Assembly (NCBI GenBank): GCA_963666055.2
Contig: CAXWPH010000005.1
Location: 32,001-96,000 of the forward strand
Length of the DNA: 64,000 nt
Source of the DNA: Acidobacteriota bacterium
GTDB taxonomy: Bacteria; Acidobacteriota; UBA890; WLXD01
Reading direction: 5' to 3'
Positions within the stretch are counted from its first letter, which is position 1. Each line of letters starts with the position of its first letter. The position numbers were made by a program, and so were the translations under genes. This document shows positions 26,338 to 36,238 of this stretch, one piece after another. Under the pieces are notes generated by a model, which ran no database searches, was not told where the DNA came from, and saw only the letters and a list, made by a program, of their open reading frames with translations.

Positions 26338-29051
26338 ATGATCGGCACCAAACTAGGCCCCTACGAGATCACCGAGCAGCTCGGCGCTGGCGGTATGGGA
26401 GAGGTGTACCTGGCGCAGGACACGCGCCTGGGCCGCAAGGTGGCCATCAAGGTGCTGCCCGCCGAGTTTGCCTCTGACCCCGAGCGCCTCGCCCGCTTCG
26501 AGCAGGAGGCTCGCGCTGCCGCCGCTCTGAACCACCCTCACATCGCGGTTGTTCACGATATCGGCACCGAGGATGGCACCCACTTCATGGTGCAGGAGTA
26601 CCTGGAGGGGAACACGCTACGGGAGCCGCTACAGAAGGGTGCCCTGCCGCTCAAGAAGGCACTCGGGTTGGCCACCGAGATCGCCGAGGCACTCGCAGCA
26701 GCACACGCTGCGGGGATCATCCACCGGGATTTGAAGCCGGAGAACATCTTCGTCACCAAGGAGGGGCACGCCAAGGTGCTGGACTTCGGCCTGGCGAAGC
26801 TGACCGAGATAGCGGCAGGATCACCGCGGTGCAACGCAGTCACCCACGATGATGGGCACGGTGGCCGGTCAGGTGATGGGTACTGCCGGCTACATGGCAC
26901 CGGAGCAGGTTGAGGGCTCCGAGGAGATCGACCATCGGGCCGACTTGTTCGCCTTCGGCTGTGTGCTCTACGAGATGGCTGCGGGCAGGCAAGCATTTGC
27001 CGGTGAGAGCATCCACGACACCCTCCACCGCATCGGACACCGGGAGCCCAAGCCACTCGATGAGATCGATGACAGCCTCCCATCCCAGCTCCTTTGGATC
27101 GTCCGCAAGTCGCTCGCGAAGGAGCCGGGACGGCGCTACAGGGTGCTGATGACCTCATGGTGGACATGAAGGCATTGGCGCTTGAGGTGGAGTCGGGTGC
27201 GGCACAGCCGGTCAGCGGAGAGGCCCCGACAACCCCTGTCGCCGTGGAAACGGCTCGCGGCATCCCGTGGAAGCTGGCTGCTCCGATCGCGATTCTACTC
27301 GTGGTCGTTGCTGCACCGCTCGGCTGGTGGGCAAGGCAACCGGAGCCCAGAAGCACCATCCGCGTGCAGCTCGACCCCCTCGTCGACACGATCATGAGTC
27401 GGTTCGGCTCCGCAGTCGCGTTATCGCCCGATGGACGGCACGTTGCCTACGTCGAGGGTGACCTGTTGGATGGAAGCGCGCTGTACCTTCGCGCTCTCGA
27501 CCAGCAGGACTCGACGATACTCGCGTCGTCGGCAACCATCCTGGGTTCGCCGTACCATCCCTTCTTCTCGCCCGACGGGCAGTGGGTAGGGTTCGTCACC
27601 CAGACGGAGCTGAAAAAAGCGTCCGTAATCGGAGGCACCCCGCAGTCGATCGCGCCGGTGGACTTTAGTCGAGGTGCGGATTGGGGGCCCGACGATACGA
27701 TCGTCTTCACACCAAACCCCACCAGCGGCCTGTTTGTCGTGTCGGCTGTCGAGGGTGAGCCGGGACCGCTCACCGAGCTTTCCGGGGGCGAGCGCAGCCA
27801 CCGCTGGCCCCAGTTCTTACCCGGCGGAAAGGCAGTGCTATTCACTTCGGCCGAGACCGAAGACTTCGACAGGGCCAACCTCGAGGTCGTAGATCTCGAG
27901 ACCGGCGAGCGCCAAGTCGTGCACCGGGGCGGCACCTATGGCCGATACGTGCCGACGGGCCATCTGGTGTATTCAGACGCTGGAGCGTTGTTCGCGGTGC
28001 CCTTCGACCTCGATACCCTGGAGACGACCGGCTCGCCGATACCCGTGGTCGACAACCTCCCCGCCGACGACGCTGAAGGCGGGGTCTCGTTTGACTTCTC
28101 CGAGACCGGGATGCTCGTCTATCACATCAGAAGTGGCGGCGCTTCGGGCCGTTCCCAACTCGCCTGGGTGGAACGTGACGGCCAAGTCGAGCCGCTGCCC
28201 TTCGAGCCGCGTCCGTCTTGGTTCTTGGACCTCTCGCCGGATGACCAGCGCATCGCGCTCGAAATCCCCGGAGATGACGGGGAGTGGGACATCTGGATCT
28301 ACGAGGTCGAACGAGGAGGCAGCCAGGTGCTGCTGACCACGGAAGGCAGCAACCGAACCCCCGTTTGGTCTCCGGATGGAGAGTGGGTTTTCTTCCGATC
28401 GGATCGGAGTGGCAATGACGACATCTGGAAGCGGCGGGCTGACCGGAGTCTCGACGCCGAACTGGTGTTGGATACAGAGGCTCCCGTGTTCCCGACGTCG
28501 ATCTCGGACGACGGTGAGATGCTGCTGTTTGTGAGTGGGCTCCTCCCGAATCACGACGTGGGGATACTGGCTCTCGATACAGGTGATACGGAATTGATCC
28601 TCGATACCGCCGCCACTGAGTCTTGGCCCAGTTTCTCGCCGGACGGCCGCTTCTTCGCCTTCTTTTCGAACGAGACCGGGCAAGACGAGGTGAACGTGCG
28701 GGAAGTATCGAGCGGTCGGACGTTTCCGGCCTCTACGAGTACCCGTGGTGGCTGGTTCCCTAGCTGGTCGCGGGATGGAAGGGAGATTTACTACCGCTCC
28801 TTTAACAGCCCCGGCATCCTCGTTGCGGAAGTGGATTTGGAGTCGTTTTCCGCATCGGACCCTGTCGAACTCTCGGACATCGAAATGCGTGCCATTGGCA
28901 ACTTCGATGTCACCGCCGATGGACAGAAGTTCCTTGTGACGGTGCCCGTTGGAACTGATGAGACTGGGGCACGGCACCGGGCACACGACTCAACGTCGTC
29001 CTCAACTGGTTCGAGGAATTGAACCGGCTAGTGCCGACGGGCGGCTCCTGA
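26338..29051 (+). pseudogene. Ser/Thr kinase + TM + TolB/PD40 beta-propeller, three frameshifts (pseudogene or sequencing errors)
   Basis: [18 protein letters not shown], then SPDG repeats; split near 26826, 27139 and 28966 relative to the paralog at 36239-38927. Confidence 0.8.
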
Positions 29052-29217
29052 TGGTCGGCAAGACGCTCGGCCACTACGAGATCCTCGCCCCGCTCGGTGA
29101 AGGCGGGATGGGACAGGTGTATCGAGCCCGCGACACGACGCTGGATCGTGATGTCGCCATCAAGGTGCTGCCTGAGGACTTCGCCAGCGATGCTGGTCGG
29201 CTGGCGCTCTTCGAGCG
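29051..29217 (+). pseudogene. N-terminal stub of a second Ser/Thr kinase
   Basis: [44 protein letters not shown]...FER then unrelated sequence; TGATG-coupled to the upstream gene. Confidence 0.8.
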
Positions 29218-29402
29218 ACAGCCGGAATGGGAACTATTAGACGAGCTCCAGGACGCACGGCTCCTCGAGAGACGGCGGGTGGCGGCGCACGCTCCCCGGA
29301 ACGGACTACCTCCCGTGGTCGGCAAGACCTGATTGACCTGTGCCGCCGTCCCGAGTCACCATGGGCGGCCAAGAGGGGTCGGAATCTCGCGGGGAGGCAG
29401 AT

Positions 29403-31988
29403 ATGACGCTGCGTCGCAGCCAGCTCGTGCTTGTCACGATCGTCGCCGTCTGCGCGGTGACGGCGCTCGGCATCGAGTCTGCGGCGGGGACCGGCGGGCA
29501 GCAGGAGGAGGACTCCACGATCCCGGTCCTCACGGCTACCGCCGACGGGCTTGCTCGTCAGGCGTTCGCGATCCTCCGCGAGAACTGCTTCGAGTGCCAC
29601 GGCCTCGACGACGTGTTGGGCGGCCTCGACCTGCGCTCCGAGACGACCCTACAGGCCGGCGGCGACCACGGAAACGTGGTTGTGGCGCACGACGCCGACG
29701 CGAGCCTCCTGTATCAGGCCGTCGCCCGTACCAGCAGGCCGTACATGCCCTACGGCCGTGCCCCGCTGCCCGACGAGCAGGTCGAGATCATCCGGCAGTG
29801 GATCGTTAGCGGCGGCTCCCTCGCCGCGGTGCGTCTGGCGATGCCACACACCAGCGCTGCGGAGCTGGCTGCGCTCGAGGAGCGGCCGATCACCGAGGAG
29901 GAGCGCGCTTACTGGGCCTTCGTCAAGCCGGTGCGCCCGGCAGTGCCCGAGGGCAACCGTCGGAGCAGGAGCGACAACCCGATCGACGCCTTCCTGTTGG
30001 ACGCGACGCACGCCAAGGGGCTCACCCGCGCTCCTCCGGCCGACAACCGCAGTCTCGTGCGTCGCGTCTACCTCGACGTTCTCGGCTTGCCTCCCAGCCC
30101 CGAGGAGATCGACGAGTTCCTCAACGATGGCTCCCCCGACGCCTGGGAGCGGCTCGTCGACAAGCTGCTGGCTTCGCCCCACTACGGCGAGCGCTGGGCA
30201 CGTCATTGGATGGATCTGGCCCGCTACGCCGACTCCGGCGGTTACGAGTTCGACCTCGACTGGCCGCAGATGTACCGCTACCGCGACTACCTGGTGGAGT
30301 CGTTCAACAGCGACAAGCCCTACGATCAGTTCGTGCGGGAGCAACTCGCGGGCGACGAGATCGCCCCCGGTTCCGACGAGGCGATCGCGACAGGTTTCTT
30401 GCGCGTCGGTCTCGAAGGGACCGACGTAGAGCTCAACCGGCTCGATGAGGTCGACGACCTGATCAGGGCGACCTCGCTCACCTTCATGGGTCTCACAGTG
30501 GGCTGCGCACGCTGCCACAACCACAAGTTCGACCCCATTCCGCAGAAGGACTATTACCGGATGCAGGCAGTGTTCTGGCCGACGGTGAAGGCCGAGTTCC
30601 CCCTGGTGCCGGCCGACGAATGGGAGACAAACCGCGCCGAGCGCGAGCGGATCGAGGCGATGATCGAGCCTCTGTCCGAGGCCAAGAAGGCCACCGAGAA
30701 GCCGTACCACGACATGCTGGTCGTGCAGCACGTCGCCAATCTGCCCGAGCACATGCAGATCGCCTGGCACACCGCGGAGGAGGAGCGCACGGAGGCGCAG
30801 AAGCTCAACGTCGTCCAGATCGAGGCGGCCCTCAGCGTCGGCGACGTGACCGAACTCATCACCCAGGAGCACCTGATCGAGCTGATGCCCGCCGAGGTCA
30901 AGGCGGTCCATGCGATCGTGGCGGCGGCGATCAAGGATCTCGAGGAGAAGCAGCCCGAGCGCCTGGCGGCCGCCAGGGTCATCGGCGAGGAGGGCCGCGA
31001 GCCGGAGCCGTCGTACTTCCTGCACCGGGGCAGCCCCGGCGCCAAGGGAACGGTGATGTCGCCGGGGGTACTCACGGTGGCCAGCAACGGCGAGTGGGAC
31101 TTCGCTCGGCCGCCTGAGGAAGCGACCTCGAGCTGGCGCCGACGGGGGTTCGCGGACTGGCTCGTGAACGAGGACAACCCGCTGACCGTCCGCGTGATGG
31201 TCAATCGCCTGTGGCAGCATCACTTCGGCGAGGGCATCGTCAGAACGCCGAGCAACTTCGGCAAGATGGGCATGCCGCCGACCCATCCGGAGCTACTCGA
31301 CTGGCTCGCCGTCGAGTTCATGGAGCGCGGCTGGAGCATGAAGGCGATGCACCGGTTGATGCTCAACTCGCAGGCCTACCGGATGGCCGCAGCCGACGTG
31401 CCGGGCAATGCCGAGATCGACCCCGAGAACCTGCTGCTGTGGCGCATGCCCCGAGTGCGGCTCGACGCCGAGACCATCCGCGACTCGATACTGGCAACCG
31501 CGGGCACCCTCGACCGGACGATGGGCGGGCCGGGAGTCTTTCCCTACATCGACCCCGACCTGTTCGAGGTGACCTCCGAACGCGAGTGGCGAGGGCTTCC
31601 GGACAGCGATCCAGCCACCTGGCGCCGCAGCCTCTACGTGTTCTCCAAACGCACCATTCGCTACCCGATGTTCGAGACGTTCGACCAGCCCAACATGATC
31701 GACTCGATCGACCGGCGGCAGCGCACCACTGTGGCGCTGCAGGCGCTGATCCTGATGAACAACGAGATGGTGCTGCTGCAGTCCGACAAGTTCGCGGAGC
31801 GGGTTCGGCGTGAAGCAGGCAACGACATCGGCGCCCAGATCGACCGGGCGATTCAGCTGGCGCTGGGCCGGCCGGCAACCGCACTGGAGCGGGACCAGGC
31901 CATGGAGCTCGTCTCCACGTCGACCAAAGGGTTGGCCGAGCTCTGTCACCTGCTATTCAACCTGAACGAGTTCGTCTACCTTCCATGA
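29403..31988 (+). CDS. PSD1 and planctomycete cytochrome c domain protein (DUF1549/DUF1553)
   Basis: CFECHG, YGERWARHWMDLARYADS, CARCHNHKFDP and RVMVNRLWQHHFG; ATG 29403 after GGAGG. Confidence 0.9.
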   Translation: MTLRRSQLVLVTIVAVCAVTALGIESAAGTGGQQEEDSTIPVLTATADGLARQAFAILRENCFECHGLDDVLGGLDLRSETTLQAGGDHGNVVVAHDADASLLYQAVARTSRPYMPYGRAPLPDEQVEIIRQWIVSGGSLAAVRLAMPHTSAAELAALEERPITEEERAYWAFVKPVRPAVPEGNRRSRSDNPIDAFLLDATHAKGLTRAPPADNRSLVRRVYLDVLGLPPSPEEIDEFLNDGSPDAWERLVDKLLASPHYGERWARHWMDLARYADSGGYEFDLDWPQMYRYRDYLVESFNSDKPYDQFVREQLAGDEIAPGSDEAIATGFLRVGLEGTDVELNRLDEVDDLIRATSLTFMGLTVGCARCHNHKFDPIPQKDYYRMQAVFWPTVKAEFPLVPADEWETNRAERERIEAMIEPLSEAKKATEKPYHDMLVVQHVANLPEHMQIAWHTAEEERTEAQKLNVVQIEAALSVGDVTELITQEHLIELMPAEVKAVHAIVAAAIKDLEEKQPERLAAARVIGEEGREPEPSYFLHRGSPGAKGTVMSPGVLTVASNGEWDFARPPEEATSSWRRRGFADWLVNEDNPLTVRVMVNRLWQHHFGEGIVRTPSNFGKMGMPPTHPELLDWLAVEFMERGWSMKAMHRLMLNSQAYRMAAADVPGNAEIDPENLLLWRMPRVRLDAETIRDSILATAGTLDRTMGGPGVFPYIDPDLFEVTSEREWRGLPDSDPATWRRSLYVFSKRTIRYPMFETFDQPNMIDSIDRRQRTTVALQALILMNNEMVLLQSDKFAERVRREAGNDIGAQIDRAIQLALGRPATALERDQAMELVSTSTKGLAELCHLLFNLNEFVYLP

Positions 31989-33472
31989 GCAACCGCCGCC
32001 GGCCGCACCACTGCCATCATCACCACCATGGCTGCGGGCGCCAAGAGAAGCTGGTGTATTCGCGGCGCGGGCTGCTCGGGCGGCTCGGCGGTGGCATTGC
32101 GGGCCTCGCCTTTGCAGACCTGCTCAGTCGCGACGGCCTGCTGGTTCCCGCGGCGGCGGCGCAGCAGGCGATCAATCCGCTGGCGGCCAAGGTCCCGCCA
32201 CTGACCCCGCGCGCCAAGGCGGTCATCTCGATCTTCGCCTTCGGCGGCCCCAGTCACATCGACACCTTCGACCCGAAGCCCGACCTGATGAAGTGGCAGG
32301 GGCAGACGATGGAGGGCGTCGGCGACGTCAAGACGATCATGGGCAACCCCGGCGGACTCTTGCCCTCCCCGTGGGAGTTCAAGAAGCACGGCCAGTCTGG
32401 AATGGAAGTCTCGGCGCTATTCCCCCACCTGGCCCAGCACGTCGACGACCTCGCGCTGATCCGCTCGATGTATGGCGTCAGCCCGGCGCACTCGCCGGCG
32501 CTGTTCCAGATGAACACCGGTAGCATTCTGGCCGGCCACCCGAGCGTGGGTAGCTGGGTAACCTACGGCCTCGGCAGCGAGGCCGATGACCTGCCGGGCT
32601 TCATCGTCTTCACCGACCATCGCGGCGGGCCGATTAACGGCCCGCCGAACTGGGGCAGCGGCTACCTACCGGCAGCCTACCAGGGCACCCAACTACGCGA
32701 CGGCGCCACGCCGATCGTCGATCTAAAGCCGGCGGTCGACCGTCATCCCGACGAGCAGCGCCGCTGGCTGCGCATGCTGCACGAGATGAACGAGCGGCAC
32801 GCCGAGCAGGACCCGCTTGACACCGAGCTGTCGGCGCGGACCTTCTCCTACGAGCTTGCCTACCGCATGCAGACCGAGGCTCCCGACGCGATCGACATCA
32901 GCAAGGAGTCGGACGCGACCAAGCGGCTGTACGGCATCGGCGTGGAGCCGACCGACTACTTCGGCCGCCAGGCACTGATGGCGAGGCGGCTCGTGCAGCG
33001 CGGGGTGCGCTACGTGCAGATCTTCTCGGGCGGCGGCAACTTCCAGCCGAGCTGGGACGCTCACTTCGACCTGGTCGCGAACCACAGCATGCACTGCGCC
33101 GAGGTCGACAAGCCGATCGCCGGGCTGATCGAGGATCTCAAGAGCCAAGGCATGTTCGATGAGACGCTGATCGTCTGGCACGGCGAGTTCGGGCGCTTGC
33201 CGATCTCGGAGCGGATGGACGGACGCGACCACAACAACAAGGGTTTCAGCGTCTGGCTGGCAGGCGGCGGGGTCAAAGGTGGCACGGTGGTTGGGGCCAC
33301 CGACCGGTACGGCTATCGGGCGGAGCGCAACCGCAAGTCCGTCTACGAGCTACACGCCACGATCCTGCACCTACTCGGTCTGGACTTCGAGAACCTGACC
33401 TACCGGTTCAACGGCCGGGATAGGCGGCTCACCGACGTGCACGGGAAAGTGATCACCGAGATCCTCGCTTAG
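31985..33472 (+). CDS. DUF1501 domain protein (Tat signal)
   Basis: SRRGLL, GGPSHIDTFDPKP, WDAH, GEFGR and GRDH; coupled to the PSD1 gene. Confidence 0.9.
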   Translation: MSNRRRPHHCHHHHHGCGRQEKLVYSRRGLLGRLGGGIAGLAFADLLSRDGLLVPAAAAQQAINPLAAKVPPLTPRAKAVISIFAFGGPSHIDTFDPKPDLMKWQGQTMEGVGDVKTIMGNPGGLLPSPWEFKKHGQSGMEVSALFPHLAQHVDDLALIRSMYGVSPAHSPALFQMNTGSILAGHPSVGSWVTYGLGSEADDLPGFIVFTDHRGGPINGPPNWGSGYLPAAYQGTQLRDGATPIVDLKPAVDRHPDEQRRWLRMLHEMNERHAEQDPLDTELSARTFSYELAYRMQTEAPDAIDISKESDATKRLYGIGVEPTDYFGRQALMARRLVQRGVRYVQIFSGGGNFQPSWDAHFDLVANHSMHCAEVDKPIAGLIEDLKSQGMFDETLIVWHGEFGRLPISERMDGRDHNNKGFSVWLAGGGVKGGTVVGATDRYGYRAERNRKSVYELHATILHLLGLDFENLTYRFNGRDRRLTDVHGKVITEILA

Positions 33473-33607
33473 GCGATGGAAGCCGATGGCGACAAGCGGG
33501 AAACCGTGAAGGCCCTCATCTTGGACAAAGAGTTCCAACCGTAGCTCACTGTCCCGTCGGCACCCGCTGCTTCACCAGAGAAACCCGGAGGGACACGGGT
33601 TTAGCAA

Positions 33608-33685
33608 TGGCGCGCCCGGCAGGATTCGAGCCTGCGCCCGCTTGCATTAGAAGCCCGCTGCTCTATCCAGCTGAGCTACGGGCGC
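33608..33685 (-). pseudogene. Degenerate tRNA-Arg(TCT)
   Basis: GCGCCCGTAGCTCAGCTGGATAGAGC...CTTCTAA...CCTGCCGGGCGCGCCA; acceptor and D arms intact, anticodon stem unpaired, T loop CTCGAAT. Confidence 0.75.
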
Positions 33686-33845
33686 CCGTAGCTCAGCTCA
33701 GCCGAGTCTCGCGAGCCGAGCTGGAGCACGCTTTTTTGGCCGGGTGCCACCCTGGGTGCCACTCTGTGCAACTCGTGGCACCTGCACAGAGTTGCATGGC
33801 CCGTAAACGCTGGGTCTATTGGGGTTACGGAAGGCCCCAATAAAA

Positions 33846-33888
33846 CTCATAACCCGAAGGTCGCAGGTTCAAATCCTGCCCCCGCTAC
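33846..33888 (+). repeat. 3' half of initiator tRNA-Met(CAT), att-like remnant
   Basis: CTCATAACCCGAAGGTCGCAGGTTCAAATCCTGCCCCCGCTAC with no 5' half; preceded by GGGTGCCAC repeats. Confidence 0.8.
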
Positions 33889-33908
33889 TCGCATAAACGC
33901 CCATGAAC

Positions 33909-33942
33909 AAAGGGGATTCGGCCAGCGCGGCCGGGTCCCTTT
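33909..33942 (+). terminator. Terminator-like hairpin
   Basis: AAAGGGGATTCGGCC-AGCGC-GGCCGGGTCCCTTT downstream of the tRNA-Met fragment. Confidence 0.4.
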
Positions 33943-34207
33943 CGTCGTCTTTTCGGCCGAAATGTCACGTACATGCCGCGATTGGGGCTTTTCTTGTGAA
34001 CTAGTCTCGGTACTACAGACGAGAGGAAGGCGAATTTGGACGCGGCAGCTAGTACGAGGTTTGCACGGTTGGAGCCTAGTTCAGCGACAATTGGGGGACA
34101 CTGCGGCACAAAAGGGGCTGCGGGAGACCGACAGGGTTCTATGCGCTGATTGTGGCCAGCGGCACGCGCCTCGCTGCCGATATCGGGCCCGCGCCGCGAT
34201 CTGAGCG

Positions 34208-34885
34208 CTATTGCTGCTCGTCGTCCGGTTCGGTTTCTTCTTGCTCGGTTTCTTCCGCCTCCTCCAGCGGTGGCGTCGGAATCGCGGGCTGAGGGTTGAG
34301 CGGCGCCAGGGTGCGTCCGGACAGGGCGGGATGATCGGCAGGCACCGGGGTCGCGCGGAATACCGCGTTGGGGAACTCACCCACCGGATGCGGCGGTGAG
34401 CCGTCCGGCATGCGCACGTCGCCCGAGTAGGGGTCGCGATACTCCCAGATGATCTCGCCATCGGGGGTGACCTCGAAGAAGCGGCCGTGCGGCCCTGAAT
34501 TGACCAGCGTATTGCCGCTAGCTAGCCGGCTGGCGCCCGAGATGAACGGGGCGAGCCAACTCGTGGGGTCGGTCGCCGTATACGCCCACACAGGCTCGGC
34601 GGGTCCGAACGCCTCCTCCTCGGGAATGATGTAGTTGCCTTCGCTGTCGGTGGGCGGGGCGATCTCGTAGACCGCCGAATACTGCCCGCCCTCGGGACCG
34701 TTGCGGTTGCTGAAGACGGTCAGGTTGCCGGCGCCTGCGTAGCCCTCCGGGATCCAGCGCACGTCGTGCTGGTACCCCAGTTGCTGATCCTCGGCCGTAC
34801 CGCGGCTGTACACGCGCGGGTTGCCCCATCGGTACAGCAGATCGCCGCCATGTCCCCAGCGACCGCCGGTGCAGCCCGCCGCCTG
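34208..34885 (-). pseudogene. C-terminal fragment of aryl-sulfate sulfotransferase (ASST)
   Basis: GGDLLYRWGNP, QHDVRWI, ISGASRLASGNTL and GEIIWEY; N-terminal half absent. Confidence 0.75.
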
Positions 34886-34970
34886 GCAAGCATGCGAGGC
34901 CCCTCAACGCGGGACTCCCGCCGCCTTGGTTGAAGGGCTGTTTCGAGTTTCAATCTGGTTGTCTTGGGGT

Positions 34971-35570
34971 TCAGATCTCGTAGCCCAGCACTCCCCAATA
35001 AGCAATAACTCTCACCTTATCACCTTCCTTGAATCCTGAACCCTTAACCCTAACCTCGACAAGCAGCGACTCTGTTAGTTCGTGAGCCTTCTCAGTGCCC
35101 CTGCATATCGAGAAATCTGGGCTCGGAATCTGACGGGACGCCGTACCGGATCCATACTTGATTTTTGTGCTTCCTTTGGCCAGCACTTTCGAAGCTCCGT
35201 TGGCGCATAACAACTTCAGCTTCCACACCATTCGTCCCACGCTCACTTCACTTGCGAGATCATGGAAGTTCGACGACGCGCCCGCGGGGGTAGTCAGAAG
35301 AAAAGTGATTGCTAATGAAAGAGCGTCTACCCCATCCGAAATAAGAAATAGGTTCGGTGTCAACACGAGAGCTTCAGGTCTAAAACGCGAAGCCTTCGTA
35401 TCGCGCACAAACTCGTAGTCCATATATGCGCCCGTGCCTGCGATTGGGGTCCCTTCATCTTGTGCGAGAACCTTCGGTGCCAAAGAAAAGGTTCCAATCA
35501 ACACCCCAGCGAGCAGCAGCACGCCAACCGCTGCTTCAGGCAACCGCTTTGACAGCAAGAATACGTTCAT
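34971..35570 (-). CDS. Hypothetical secreted protein, lower GC than surroundings
   Basis: Signal-peptide-like N-terminus ending VLA; GGAG upstream; visibly more AT-rich codons. Confidence 0.55.
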   Translation of the reverse strand: MNVFLLSKRLPEAAVGVLLLAGVLIGTFSLAPKVLAQDEGTPIAGTGAYMDYEFVRDTKASRFRPEALVLTPNLFLISDGVDALSLAITFLLTTPAGASSNFHDLASEVSVGRMVWKLKLLCANGASKVLAKGSTKIKYGSGTASRQIPSPDFSICRGTEKAHELTESLLVEVRVKGSGFKEGDKVRVIAYWGVLGYEI

Positions 35571-35922
35571 GGGCATCTCCGTGCGCTGCCGCCAGGGACG
35601 GGTCCTGGACCAGATCAAGCGCGGCTACATGGGAGACGCCCCAGCGCGGGATTCTCGCCGTCAGGGCCTCTCCTCCGAAAGTTCCAGTGCTGCCCGCTAG
35701 CGCCGGCGGAGCCTGCGTGACGCATCCCGCGCCGAGAGGTAACACCATCCTAGACCCCCAGCACCCCGACCGGGTAGTGTCAGGCCGTGGCCCTCCCCGT
35801 GGTGCGCTCGAGGAACGCAGCTATGCGAGTCGTCAGGGTGTCCCGTGGCGGGTATGAGACGATTAGGGGGGTTGTGGGGAAGTGGGAGCGAGCTTGTGAG
35901 GGATTCGAAGGCAGCGTCGATA

Positions 35923-36153
35923 ATGCGCCTGGCTCCCGGCCGAATCATCTACAAGCAGAAGCAGCACCGCCGCCGCGTCTACCGCTGGTCCATCTGCGAC
36001 GCATGTGGTCGGCTCTGGTACACGCTCGACACCGTCCGCAACGTCATCAAGCGGGATGGCTGCTCACGTTGTCTGTACCCCGGCGCGACCAGGCTGCCGC
36101 CTAAGAAGATTCGCCCACGTACCCCCGGGATGCCGGCCAGGCAGACAATCTGA
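35923..36153 (+). CDS. Small basic Cys4 protein (hypothetical)
   Basis: CDACG...CSRC pairs; no clear RBS. Confidence 0.35.
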   Translation: MRLAPGRIIYKQKQHRRRVYRWSICDACGRLWYTLDTVRNVIKRDGCSRCLYPGATRLPPKKIRPRTPGMPARQTI

Positions 36154-36238
36154 CGCCGGAGAGACGCTGCCTCCCGTGGACCCCCGCGTACCCCGACGAT
36201 AGGCTTCACGCGCCCACCCTCCTCTCTGCGGGAGCGCC

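Noticed and set aside
33608-33685. Functional tRNA-Arg
   Set aside because: Anticodon stem cannot pair and the T loop is altered; kept as a pseudogene.
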